Shown here: piece by piece, positions 54,437-64,000 of the stretch | How the letters are laid out: every line of letters starts with the position of its first letter | Position numbering within the stretch: the first letter of the stretch is position 1 | Program-made: the position numbers and the translations under genes | NCBI GenBank assembly: GCA_963811165.1 | Contig: CAWEQH010000008.1 | Span: forward strand, 64,001 to 128,000 | Source: an uncultured Nitrospiraceae bacterium | Lineage (GTDB): Bacteria; Nitrospirota; Thermodesulfovibrionia; Thermodesulfovibrionales; UBA6898 | Length of the DNA stretch: 64,000 bases | Reading direction: 5' to 3' | Notes under the pieces: generated by a model | The model's database searches: none | The model's input: the letters and a program-made list of their open reading frames with translations, nothing else | Told to the model about the DNA's origin: nothing

Positions 54437-55476
54437 ATGAATCTGAAGAAAAAAGGCTTTCAACTACCTGACAAAATCAGGTTTGATGAAGAGACGCTGA
54501 GCAGTACTTATGGAAAGCTTGTCGTGGAGCCGTTGGAGCGCGGCTTCGGTACCACTATGGGAAATTCACTCAGGAGAGTGCTGCTCTCATCGCTTGAAGG
54601 CGCCGCGATCACAGCCGTAAAGATCGCGGGTGCGCTTCATGAGTTTTCGTACGATTAACGGGGTTAAGGAAGATGTCATAAACATAATCCTGAATCTTAA
54701 GAAGCTGAGGATTAAATTTCACGGAGAAGGCAACAAGATCGGGACCTTTAATGTGAAAGGGCCGGGACATGTAACCGGCGCGGACCTTCAGGTTGATTCG
54801 ACGATCGAGGTCCTGAATCCCGAAACACCGATTGCGACACTCGATAAGGGCGGCCAATTTCGACGCCGAGGTCTATATCAGGAAAGGCAAGGGATATATC
54901 TCCTCTGAACTGAACAAGGAAGACCTGCCTGTCGGGATGATCGCCGTCGACGCGGCCTTCACCCCTCTTAGAAAGGTGAATTTCTGGGTCGAAAAGACGA
55001 GGGTCGGCAGGGAGACGGACTATGACAGGCTGATCATGGAGATCTGGACGGATGGGAGCATCTCTCCCGAGAAGGCGGTATCTCAGGCGGCCTCGATAGT
55101 CATCGAGCATATGGACCTGTTTATATTCGAGGAGGAAGACGAAGACATGCCGGTGTCCGATGAAGTCGGGGTCGGCCATTCCGACAGTGTCGGGTTCTCT
55201 TCGTCAAACGATAACCTCCTAAAGAACGTGGACGAACTCGAACTTTCTGTCAGGTCCTTCAACTGCCTGAAAAACGCCAATATAAAGACGATCATTGAGC
55301 TTGTTCAGAAGACCGAGCCCGAGATGCTTAAAACCAAGAATTTCGGCAGAAAGTCACTGAACGAGATAAAGGAGATACTCGGCAGGATGGGGCTCCACCT
55401 CGGCATGAAGATAGACGTGGACAACCTCGACAAAGAAGCCATGCAAAGCGGAGGTATCAAGCAAAATGCGTCATAA
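54437..55476 (+). CDS. rpoA: RNA polymerase alpha subunit (two frameshifts)
   Basis: [45 protein letters not shown]. Confidence 0.96.
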
Positions 55477-55963
55477 AGTAGATGGAAGATTATTCGGCAG
55501 GCCGGCCAATCAGAGGAAGGCGCTTTTGCGGGGTATCGTTACCGCCCTGTTCGAACAGCAGAGGATAGAGACGACCGTGGCGAAGGCGAAGGAGGCCAAG
55601 AGGATTGCGGAGAGGATGATCACCTTCGGGATAAAGGGAGACCTCCATTCGAAGCGCCAGGTGCTTGCATATGTCACCTGCAGGGATATAGCCTCAAAAC
55701 TCTTCAGTGAGATTGCCCCTCGTTTTCAGGGCAGAAATGGCGGCTACCTGAGGATAGTGCATACCAGGCAGCGGTTAAAAGACTCCGCGCCGATGGCGAT
55801 ACTCGAGTTTATCGATTATGAGAACATAAAGCAGGCCAAAGGGAAAGCGAAGAAAGAAGAGAAGCCCGAAAAGGCCGAAAAGAAGACCGAGAAGAAGACT
55901 GAGAAAAAACCCGAAAAAGCCCAAAAGAAGGCTGAGAAAAAGGCTGAGAAGGCATCGGCATAA
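55466..55963 (+). CDS. rplQ: 50S ribosomal protein L17 with Lys/Glu-rich tail
   Basis: [22 protein letters not shown]. Confidence 0.97.
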   Translation: MRHKVDGRLFGRPANQRKALLRGIVTALFEQQRIETTVAKAKEAKRIAERMITFGIKGDLHSKRQVLAYVTCRDIASKLFSEIAPRFQGRNGGYLRIVHTRQRLKDSAPMAILEFIDYENIKQAKGKAKKEEKPEKAEKKTEKKTEKKPEKAQKKAEKKAEKASA

Positions 55964-56103
55964 TGAGCGATTTTCTGATATTACTCGCCGTTGTCGCAGC
56001 GTGGATAATACTGCAGACGGTAGTGCTGCCAAGGATCGGCGTGCCGACCTGAGCAGTGCCTACGGTCCCGGGTAAGACCGACAAAAAATGTAAACGCCAT
56101 TAG
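55963..56103 (+). CDS. Candidate 46-aa membrane selenoprotein (29 aa if UGA 56050-56052 is a stop)
   Basis: TAATG overlap with rpl[57 protein letters not shown]-like hairpin after the UGA. Confidence 0.65.
56063..56080 (+). promoter_or_regulatory. Putative bacterial SECIS element
   Basis: CGGTC-CCGGGTAA-GACCG stem-loop whose GGTC arm starts after an 11-nt spacer from the UGA. Confidence 0.55.
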
Positions 56104-56130
56104 AGGTTCATCTTAGGCGGTGTAATAATC

Positions 56131-56157
56131 AAAGGGCTCTGTGAGGAGCCTTTTTTT
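56131..56157 (+). terminator. Rho-independent terminator of the ribosomal cluster
   Basis: GGCTC-TGTGAG-GAGCC followed by T7. Confidence 0.85.
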
Positions 56158-56228
56158 GTTTTAATTTTTTATCCCGAACTTCTGTTGAATTACACCCCCT
56201 GTAACATGTTTCTTCCCGTTCATATCAT

Positions 56229-56342
56229 TCACTTCTTTTTTTCTTGCAAGGGTTCGTCACTTTCCTTACTAAAAAAAGGCCGAACTGCGGAGGTATTACC
56301 GCAGTTCGGCCCATAGATCAAGCAGTATCCGGCTGGTTCCAT
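56229..56342 (-). CDS. Possible 37-aa peptide
   Basis: MEPAGYCLIYGPNCGNTSAVRPFFSKESDEPLQEKKK; strong GGAGG RBS; upstream TTGACA-N17-TATCGT at 56499-56471. Confidence 0.4.
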   Translation of the reverse strand: MEPAGYCLIYGPNCGNTSAVRPFFSKESDEPLQEKKK

Positions 56343-56613
56343 TCCCTCCCCTCCTAAGGAGGTCTTTCCTTGCCGGTCCACTGCCCTCGGGTGAGAATTG
56401 CCGCTTACCTTCACCCTGATTTACGTCAAGAACCCTAAAATATCCGGGCCCGCCTTATGCTCTTACCCTAACGATACTCCCCAGCCGGAGGGATGTCAAT
56501 TAGGTAATTTCGGTTAATAGGAAGGCTAAAGCAGGTGATTTATGAAGAGGTTCAGCCACCGTTGTTGCCCTCAGTACTTCCGCATTGAGCTTCGTTTCGA
56601 CGAGCAAGGAAAG

Positions 56614-57195
56614 TTAACGAGCCTTTCTTTCGAAGCGTTCCAGGGAATAAAACATCGCCCCCGCCACGAGTACCGCAACGGCTATCACGATCCAGTGGTT
56701 TACCCCCAGGAGCCCGGGTAAGGTCGCAGTTCCCATACCCGATGACATGTAAAAATTTCCCAGGGCAGGATAGACAACCGCAAATAGCAGGGAACCTGCA
56801 ATCAGACCCAACATTGTGACCAAGGCGTCAATTCTGCCGCTTCCGAGGGCCGCGACAGCTGTGCCCGGACAATATCCCGCCACAAGATAGCCCAGCCCAA
56901 AGAGGGCCCCACCGGTAAGCTGCGGCCAGAAATAGGTGGGGACTATCCATACCTTGCTCATATCGAGAAATTTCTGGTCCCCCAGCAGATAAAGACCACT
57001 GGATGCTACGAGTATGGCCGTAAACATCGCCTTCGGCACGGCAAAATCCCTGAGATAAAAGACGCCCGTGAGCTTGTGGGGGTTGCCGAGCCCTCCTCTT
57101 TCCAGAAACAGACCAAAGAAGAACCCTACGATAAGTGCCACGATGAGGCCGGCACCTTCACCGAACAAACCATATTCATAAAGAGGAGCGGTCAT
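56614..57195 (-). CDS. YeeE/YedE-family sulfur transporter, second subunit
   Basis: GGALFGLGYLVAGYCPGT and TM helices; start revised to ATG 57195 (ATGA overlap). Confidence 0.88.
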   Translation of the reverse strand: MTAPLYEYGLFGEGAGLIVALIVGFFFGLFLERGGLGNPHKLTGVFYLRDFAVPKAMFTAILVASSGLYLLGDQKFLDMSKVWIVPTYFWPQLTGGALFGLGYLVAGYCPGTAVAALGSGRIDALVTMLGLIAGSLLFAVVYPALGNFYMSSGMGTATLPGLLGVNHWIVIAVAVLVAGAMFYSLERFERKAR

Positions 57196-57701
57196 GACCA
57201 AAGCCTCCTGAAGATCGCGGCAAATAGAAAGCCGCTTATGAACATTGATGTCACAAATACCCATCCCCCTACCGCTAACTGTGCGCCTCCGGTAAGGGCG
57301 ACTCCGCTTGTGCATCCCCGCGCAAGCCTGCTGGCAAAACCCATCAGAATCCCGCCCCCAAAGGCTGTCAATAGCCTTGTAGTGCTGCTCATGCCGGCTG
57401 CCTTATCGAATGTAAGCCGAAAATTCCGGCTGAGAAGAGCGCCTGTGAGGGCCCCGACCAAAAGGCCGAGGAGCTCGAAAACAATCCAGTCCTTTAGGGG
57501 AGAGCCGGCGCCCAGATAGCGTGAAAAGTATGTAAGGCTTCCCGCATACTCCGGATTTATATTTTTCGTGGCTATCGCAGAGACTATTGAAAAAGCGCTC
57601 GATGCGCCGAGACCTTTTCCCATAATGTAAAACGAGGCGAGAAGGGTCAATCCAAGTCCGATGCCGGCAACGTAGGGAGACCAGAAACTATTTTTTCCCA
57701 T
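57192..57701 (-). CDS. YeeE/YedE-family sulfur transporter, first subunit
   Basis: WSPYVAGIGLG, GGILMGFASRLARGCTSG. Confidence 0.9.
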   Translation of the reverse strand: MGKNSFWSPYVAGIGLGLTLLASFYIMGKGLGASSAFSIVSAIATKNINPEYAGSLTYFSRYLGAGSPLKDWIVFELLGLLVGALTGALLSRNFRLTFDKAAGMSSTTRLLTAFGGGILMGFASRLARGCTSGVALTGGAQLAVGGWVFVTSMFISGFLFAAIFRRLWS

Positions 57702-57917
57702 ACAGCAACTCCTTGCTTACCATGATAATTATAACATATCATGTCTAAACCAGTTCAGCAACTCCGCAACTTTCTGTGCCTAATCAGGACAAGTGGATCT
57801 GACAAGAAGGAGCTTTTTTGTCCAGGGTTGGACACCTGAAAACGCTTGTCAGCATTTTTGCGGTTAGGGTATACTAAAGCACTCTTAAAAACTGGTAACT
57901 CATCTCTTTATTAAATA

Positions 57918-60900
57918 ATGCGCATCGAAAAAATCGAACTAATAGGTTTCAAGTCATTTGCCGACAAGACTACTTTTGCCCTCCATCCGGGCATCACCGG
58001 TATTGTCGGCCCTAACGGCTGCGGCAAAAGCAATATCGTAGATGCGTTCAGGTGGGTCCTGGGCGAACAGTCTGCCAAGAGCCTCAGGGGCGAGAAGATG
58101 GAGGAGGTGATCTTCAACGGCTCCACCTTAAAAAAACCGAAGGGCATGGCAGAAGTGTCAATGGTCATATCCGGCCTTAACGGTGCCGGCGCGTCGGACA
58201 ACGGCAGACAAGGCGATCTGCTGACCATATCGAGACGGCTGTACAGGTCGGGCGAAAGCGAATATATGATCAACAAGGCCAGCTGCAGACTGAAGGACAT
58301 TAAGGACATATTCCTCGATACGGGACTGGACTTCAGGAGCTATTCAATCCTCGAACAGGGCAGGATAGGAGAGATACTCAACTCGAAACCTCTTGAAAGG
58401 AGGTTCATCATCGAGGAAGTCGCTGGTGTCATGAAGTATAAGATAAGGAAGGCCGAGGCCCTCGCCAAACTCGAATCCTCCCGGGCTAACCTCCTCAGAA
58501 TAACGGACATTATAGCCGAGGTAAAAAAGCAGATAAATATCCTCGACAGGCTGGCCAAGAAGGCCGAAAGATACAAGAAACTGTCGGCTGAGATGCACGC
58601 CATTGAACTGAAGATCGCCCGAAACGAGTTCCAGCAGATCAAAGAGGGGCTGGCCGCCATACTTCAGGAATATAACGAGCTCAGGGAAAAAGAGGCGGTC
58701 ATGAACGCCGAGATCTCCGAGGCAGAGACAAAGACCGAATCCAGAAGGCTCACCCTGCTCGAAAAAGAGAAGGGCCTTGAGCTTGTCCAGGGTAAATTCC
58801 AGATTATGGAGCGCGAGATATCCGAGATAGAACGGGCGGTCGCGGTCTGCAAAAACGATATAAGCAACCTCGGAGAATACCAGACAAAGCTGGCCGGCCA
58901 GGAAGAAGAGGTCGAGACGAGGAGCGTCGAGATATCCGCAAAATGCGAGGAGCTGCGGTTGAACGCAGAGAAGCTCTCTGACGAAATCGAGGGCCATACC
59001 GGAACGCTGAGGGAAAAATCTGAGGCGTTCAGGGCGATAGAGGAAGTGCTTGCGGAAAAGGAAGAGCAGATCGAGGACAAGAGACGGGAGATCTTCAGGG
59101 TCTCAGAACAGCTAAGCGGCCTGAGAAACGAACTCGGCAGACAGCAGACCTCCTGTGAGTCGCTTGAACGGCGCGAGGCAGCCACCATGAGAGAGGCCGA
59201 GGATTCAAGAAAAATTCTCGCCGGGATCGAGTCGTCGATCAGTGAGGTGGAGTCCGGGATCCACGGCAGCAATAACGAGGCGCTTCTCCTTAGGGAAAAG
59301 AAAGATGTGCTGATTCATGAATTATCGGGCGCCAGGGAGAGGGTAGAACTCCTTCTAAAGTCCCTGGCCGCTACCCGCGAGGAGTTTGCATCCCTTAACT
59401 CCAGACTCGATTCGCTCAAGGAGATCGTCTTTGACACACCGACCAGGGAGTTGCTTGCATCGACTTCGGAGGTGAACATCCTTGCCTCGATGTCGGACAT
59501 CCTCGAGGTAGATGCCGACTACGAAAGGGCGATAGAAAGCGCCCTCGCGGAGAAGTCAGATTCTCTTATTACCGGCTCGCTCGATGATATCCTCAGGGCG
59601 ATATCTTCGCTTAAGGGGAAAGACGTGGGTAAGAGTGCCTTTATTACCGCTTCTCCGCCGCAGACCATCAGCTATGGCGATGTACCGGAGGGCATCATCG
59701 GCAGGGCATTGGACTTTGTGAAGGTTAAAGAGGGATATGCAAAGGTCGCCGAAAACCTTCTCGGGGGTGTGCTGATTACCAGGGACATCGATACCGCATT
59801 TGGCCTGAGGGCTTCCGATATGACCCACACCCTTGTCACGGTCGACGGTGTGGTTGTGGAACCTTCGGGAGCGGTCGTCTTAGGCGGAGACAAAGGCGTA
59901 TTCCGGAGGAAGCGCGAGATACGAGAGCTCCAGGGAATGGTAGAGGCCAAGAAGGTCCTGATAGAAGATATGAATAACGAGGTGCAGTCTGCGCAGGGGG
60001 ATATCCTTGAGAGGGAAGCGGCGGTGAAAGACGTCGAGACCTCGCTCCATAACCTCGAAAAAGAGATCTCCCTTTCGAGGCTTACCGTTGACAACTATAC
60101 GGAGGAAAAGGAACGTACGAGCAGGAAGCTCTCTTACCTCACACTCGAGACCGAGGAGATAGTGCGCGAGAAGGAAACGCTCCGTGTGGCCATTTCAGCC
60201 GGCGAAGATCGGATCAGGTCGGTCGAGGCTAAGAAGACCGGAGTCGAACAAGAGAGCCTGGTGATCCAGGAAGGCATCTCTCACAGGAAGTCGGAGATGG
60301 AGGAGCACCGCTCGGAGGTCACCGATCTTCGGCTCCTGATCGCATCGAGCAAAGAGAGGCTGGAGGCAGTCAGGAACGAGATCGAGTCGTCTCTGAAGAC
60401 CTTAGAGGACCTAAAACAGAAAAAGATTGAACTTCAGTCCGAGAAAGAGTCTGTTCGGGGACGCATGTCCCAGCGGGAGGAGGAGATACTGGAGCAGGAA
60501 AGCAGACTGAGGAAACTCGTTGCAGACGCCGACGCGGTCAGGACGGACATCTCCGGAAGAAGGGAAGAGATCGAGCGGGAGAACCAGGACCTGTTTGCGG
60601 TCGAGCAGGGCCTTAAGGCGCTGAGGCAGCAGTCTTCCTCTGTGGGGCACAGAATTTCGGAACTTGATGTGGCAAGGGCAGAGCACAAGCTCCGACTGGA
60701 AAACCTCGCGGAGAACGTGAGGAACAACTACGGCTGTGAGATAGAGGGGGTCGAGATCGCCGAGGTCAGCAGCGAAGAACAGGGGAGGCTTGCCGAACTG
60801 AGGAACAAGATACAGGAGATGGGTGCAGTGAACCTGGGCACGCTCGAAGAATACGAGGAACTCAGCACGAGATATGAGTTCATGACAAAGCAGCACGAGG

Positions 60901-61424
60901 ACCTTACCAGGTCGATTGCAGAACTCGAAGAGGCGATTACCAAGATCAACAGCACTACGAGAAAGAAGTTGAGGGATGCCTATGAGGAGTTGAACGCGAA
61001 ATTCGGCGAGGTCTTCAGGACATTGTTTGGCGGCGGGCGGGCCGAACTTGTGCTGACCGATGAAAACAATATTCTCGAATCTGGCATCGATATTATTGCA
61101 CAGCCGCCCGGGAAGAAACTCCAGAACATACATCTCCTTTCGGGGGGAGAAAAAGCCCTGACCGCGCTCTCTATTCAGTTTGCGAGCTTCCTTATCAAAC
61201 CGACGCCCCTCTGTATTCTCGATGAGGCCGATGCCCCGCTCGATGAATCGAATACGGAAAGATATTCGAAGATGCTCGATGACCTTGCCTCTCATACACA
61301 GTTCATCGTAGTAACACATAACAGGACGACGATGGGCGTAGCGCGGCACCTCTACGGCATCACGATGGAGGAGGCGGGGGTCTCGAAGGTGATCTCCATG
61401 CAACTGGCTGAGGTGACGGCATAG
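57918..61424 (+). CDS. smc: Chromosome segregation protein SMC
   Basis: GFKSF, GPNGCGKSN, coiled coils, hinge, LSGGEK, LDEAD. Confidence 0.97.
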   Translation: MRIEKIELIGFKSFADKTTFALHPGITGIVGPNGCGKSNIVDAFRWVLGEQSAKSLRGEKMEEVIFNGSTLKKPKGMAEVSMVISGLNGAGASDNGRQGDLLTISRRLYRSGESEYMINKASCRLKDIKDIFLDTGLDFRSYSILEQGRIGEILNSKPLERRFIIEEVAGVMKYKIRKAEALAKLESSRANLLRITDIIAEVKKQINILDRLAKKAERYKKLSAEMHAIELKIARNEFQQIKEGLAAILQEYNELREKEAVMNAEISEAETKTESRRLTLLEKEKGLELVQGKFQIMEREISEIERAVAVCKNDISNLGEYQTKLAGQEEEVETRSVEISAKCEELRLNAEKLSDEIEGHTGTLREKSEAFRAIEEVLAEKEEQIEDKRREIFRVSEQLSGLRNELGRQQTSCESLERREAATMREAEDSRKILAGIESSISEVESGIHGSNNEALLLREKKDVLIHELSGARERVELLLKSLAATREEFASLNSRLDSLKEIVFDTPTRELLASTSEVNILASMSDILEVDADYERAIESALAEKSDSLITGSLDDILRAISSLKGKDVGKSAFITASPPQTISYGDVPEGIIGRALDFVKVKEGYAKVAENLLGGVLITRDIDTAFGLRASDMTHTLVTVDGVVVEPSGAVVLGGDKGVFRRKREIRELQGMVEAKKVLIEDMNNEVQSAQGDILEREAAVKDVETSLHNLEKEISLSRLTVDNYTEEKERTSRKLSYLTLETEEIVREKETLRVAISAGEDRIRSVEAKKTGVEQESLVIQEGISHRKSEMEEHRSEVTDLRLLIASSKERLEAVRNEIESSLKTLEDLKQKKIELQSEKESVRGRMSQREEEILEQESRLRKLVADADAVRTDISGRREEIERENQDLFAVEQGLKALRQQSSSVGHRISELDVARAEHKLRLENLAENVRNNYGCEIEGVEIAEVSSEEQGRLAELRNKIQEMGAVNLGTLEEYEELSTRYEFMTKQHEDLTRSIAELEEAITKINSTTRKKLRDAYEELNAKFGEVFRTLFGGGRAELVLTDENNILESGIDIIAQPPGKKLQNIHLLSGGEKALTALSIQFASFLIKPTPLCILDEADAPLDESNTERYSKMLDDLASHTQFIVVTHNRTTMGVARHLYGITMEEAGVSKVISMQLAEVTA

Positions 61425-61446
61425 GTGGCCTTATATTGGGCGGCCT

Positions 61447-61475
61447 GTAAAGGCACGTCGCGACGTGCCCCCGAC
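61447..61475. repeat. REP-like palindrome
   Basis: GGCACGTCG-CGACGTGCC perfect palindrome between smc and the next gene. Confidence 0.55.
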
Positions 61476-61492
61476 ATCAACAACCTGCCTGA

Positions 61493-62845
61493 ATGAAAAA
61501 GTTAGCGGAACTACTGCCCGGCAAGATCTCAACTGCTCCGGAAGATCTTCTTTGCTACGGCTTCGACGCCTCGGGCCTCGATGTCGCCCCGGCGGCGGTC
61601 GCCTGGCCGAGAAGTACGGAAGATGTCGTCAAGATACTCGGTTTCGCGCACGCCAATGACGTCCCCGTAATCCCCCGCGGCGCAGGCAGCGGTATGACTG
61701 GCGGGTCCGTCCCCTCCAAGGGAGCGATTGTCCTTAGCCTAGAGAGGATGAACAAGATACTCGATATCGACAGGGAAAACATGAGCGTCGTTGTCGAGCC
61801 GGGTGTCATTAACGGCAGACTCCAGCGCGAACTTGAACGGCACAAACTCTTTTATCCCCCTGACCCTGCAAGCATGAATTTCTGTACGATCGGCGGCAAT
61901 GTGGCGGAAAATGCGGGGGGGCCGAGGGCGATCAAATACGGCGTAACGAGAGATTATGTGATGGGAATCGAGGCGGTGCTGCCTGATGGCCGGGTCATCA
62001 ATACCGGTGTGAAAACAGCGAAGGGCGTTGTGGGATATGATCTTACGCGGCTCATCGTGGGTTCCGAGGGCACCCTTGCAGTGGTAACGAAGGTCAGGCT
62101 CAGGGTCTTGCCCCTTCCCGAAGGCGTGGTAACGCTCCTTGTTTTTTTTAACGATGCCGGCGGTGCGGGAGAAGCGGTGAGGCAGATACTTGCCCAAGGG
62201 ATAATTCTTAGGACCCTCGAATTTCTCGATCAGGGGGCGATAGAGGCGGTCGAAAATTACAGACCCACCGGCATCCCCAAGGATGCGGAGGCCCTGTTTC
62301 TCATAGAGCTTGACGGACATCCCCTGACCATTACCAAAGAGGCGGAGAGAATATCCGAGGTCATAAGGAGACTCCACGGAGAAGTGACAGTGGCCGAAGA
62401 CGAAGACGCCAGGGAGAAGATATGGGAGGCCAGGCGGGCCGTTTCCCCGGCACTATATCACCTGAAGCCTACGAAGATAAACGAGGACATTGTGGTACCG
62501 AGGAGCAAGATACCGGAGATGCTCAACATTTTGAGAAGGCTTTCCAGGGAGACCGGTATAACTCTGGTGAATTTCGGTCACGCAGGGGACGGCAATATTC
62601 ACGTTAACATCATGGTCGACAAAAACAACAAGGAAGAATATGACAAGGGCCTGAGGCTGGTAAAAGATATCTTTAGGGCCACGCTTGAGCTCGGGGGGAC
62701 AATCTCGGGGGAACATGGAGTGGGGCTTACGAAGGCCAATTATATTTCGATGGAGATACCGCCTGCGGAACTGGATATCATGAAAAAGATCAAGGGCGTT
62801 TTTGATCCGAAGAATATCCTGAATCCGGGGAAGATATTCCCTTGA
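61493..62845 (+). CDS. FAD-linked oxidase, GlcD/D-lactate dehydrogenase family
   Basis: PRGAGSG, YPPDPAS, HAGDGNIH, SGEHGVG, LNPGK. Confidence 0.92.
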   Translation: MKKLAELLPGKISTAPEDLLCYGFDASGLDVAPAAVAWPRSTEDVVKILGFAHANDVPVIPRGAGSGMTGGSVPSKGAIVLSLERMNKILDIDRENMSVVVEPGVINGRLQRELERHKLFYPPDPASMNFCTIGGNVAENAGGPRAIKYGVTRDYVMGIEAVLPDGRVINTGVKTAKGVVGYDLTRLIVGSEGTLAVVTKVRLRVLPLPEGVVTLLVFFNDAGGAGEAVRQILAQGIILRTLEFLDQGAIEAVENYRPTGIPKDAEALFLIELDGHPLTITKEAERISEVIRRLHGEVTVAEDEDAREKIWEARRAVSPALYHLKPTKINEDIVVPRSKIPEMLNILRRLSRETGITLVNFGHAGDGNIHVNIMVDKNNKEEYDKGLRLVKDIFRATLELGGTISGEHGVGLTKANYISMEIPPAELDIMKKIKGVFDPKNILNPGKIFP

Positions 62846-62924
62846 CGGGCGGCGCCGCTTACTATTGTGCAATTCGGGACGTTATCGTAAAATAGAAGAA
62901 CAAAAAAACGAGGTGCCTGGTGAT

Positions 62925-63464
62925 ATGGCTGGTGTGAAGAAACTTTTTTTTTGTATCTCCTGTTTCATATTTATGACCGCTATGGGCATGTCTGTGTCCG
63001 CAGGCAATGAAAAGAGACCCGTTTCGCCTTCTGAGATCGACAAGCTCGAAAAGAACAAGGCCCCGGACTTCTCATTAAAGGACCTCAGCGGCAGGCCTGT
63101 AACGCTTTCGTCCCTGAAAGGGAAGGTAGTCCTTCTGAATTTCTGGGCGACCTGGTGTCCTCCCTGCATCTCGGAGATGCCCGTATTCAACAGACTCTAC
63201 AAACAGATGAGAGCGCGTGGACTCGAGATTGTTGCGATTTCAGCGGACCGGTCAGAGGACTATGTAAGGGACTTTACAAGCAAGCACAGCCTTGATTTCA
63301 AAGTAATCTACGATGAAAGCCGCGACGTAGTCAAAAGGTACAAGGTCTTTTCGATGCCGACCACTTTCCTGATAGATAAAAACGGCATTATTGTTGAGAA
63401 GTTTTTCGGCGAATACGACTGGACCGACCAGGAGATAAAGAAGAAGATTGAGAAGCTGTTTTAG
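62925..63464 (+). CDS. TlpA/ResA-family thiol-disulfide oxidoreductase
   Basis: APDFSL, LNFWATWCPPC, signal anchor; start revised to ATG 62925. Confidence 0.92.
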   Translation: MAGVKKLFFCISCFIFMTAMGMSVSAGNEKRPVSPSEIDKLEKNKAPDFSLKDLSGRPVTLSSLKGKVVLLNFWATWCPPCISEMPVFNRLYKQMRARGLEIVAISADRSEDYVRDFTSKHSLDFKVIYDESRDVVKRYKVFSMPTTFLIDKNGIIVEKFFGEYDWTDQEIKKKIEKLF

Positions 63465-63750
63465 CGCATGTGGCGACGTAAGGGGCTGTGAATAAGGCGA
63501 TCTTACGCTTTGGCATTCACCGACTACATTACACTCTCACAGCTCTGGCGATATAACAGTTACTAGTAAAAACAGCCATCCATGGCTGCCTTCCAGAACT
63601 CTTTGTATATCCAGAAGGTCACCGATAGGGAGCTCAAATTACGGAGACTTTCGCACGTTACAAGTTCGCCCTAAAAACTTGACATTGTCTTTTCTTGTTA
63701 TAAGATTAGAGGAAGATGATATAAATGGATAATACGAATCGGAGACTACG

Positions 63751-64000
63751 ATGCATTTAAAACAAGGCTCAAATCTGATTGAACTAATGACACCAAATCA
63801 AATCAGTCCGCAAAGGATGCAGCCCGATAGAGTCGGACATCTTCTTAGGCAAGGGTTGCTTACCGTATTTTTCGGCATCGTATGTGCTGTGCCAGTCATG
63901 GCCGCACCGATCCAGCTGCCGGCAATCGTTGAGCCCGCCAGCCAAGAGCATCACGTTGGGAAAGTTATATTTGTTGAATTGGTGACGCCGGACCTTGCCG
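63751..64000 (+). CDS. Exported VOC/glyoxalase-family protein (partial; start uncertain)
   Basis: Signal-like segment then HHVGKVIFVELVTPDLA; TTGACA-N16-TAAGAT upstream at 63679-63706. Confidence 0.65.
   Translation, partial: MHLKQGSNLIELMTPNQISPQRMQPDRVGHLLRQGLLTVFFGIVCAVPVMAAPIQLPAIVEPASQEHHVGKVIFVELVTPDLA

Overview
Bacterial chromosomal window, mostly housekeeping genes. Gene content (hemA-ccsA, class II RNR, multiheme cytochrome, Desulfovibrio-type Adk, Smc) suggests an anaerobic Nitrospirota- or Desulfobacterota-like organism; this is inference, not a taxonomic assignment. Order: TPR/PPIase gene, hemA, ccsA, DUF4912-like gene, polA, adk; an accessory patch at 7.6-11.4 kb (truncated VapC, a 2,045-bp element with two tyrosine recombinases between perfect 16-bp inverted repeats, a secreted protein); mutL-miaA-hfq-NUDIX; nrdJ with tandem NrdR boxes; a 9-heme cytochrome; zapA/zapB; hisC/hisB; a second accessory patch at 26.4-30.3 kb (complete IS3, IS3 remnant, FN3/IPT surface protein); two 30-aa-repeat proteins; icd; a MORC-like GHKL ATPase plus HD hydrolase; a PurH variant; the full str-S10-spc-alpha ribosomal cluster; a YeeE/YedE pair; smc; a GlcD-like oxidase; TlpA; and a partial VOC gene. 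Many essential genes at 37.6-55 kb carry indels, most likely long-read consensus errors. Best leads: (1) an unannotated 46-codon membrane microprotein coupled to rplQ, with an in-frame UGA followed by a correctly spaced bacterial SECIS-like hairpin (candidate selenoprotein), close to a convergent YeeE/YedE pair; (2) the two-recombinase inverted-repeat element; (3) the 30-aa-repeat operon; (4) the GHKL ATPase-HD pair.
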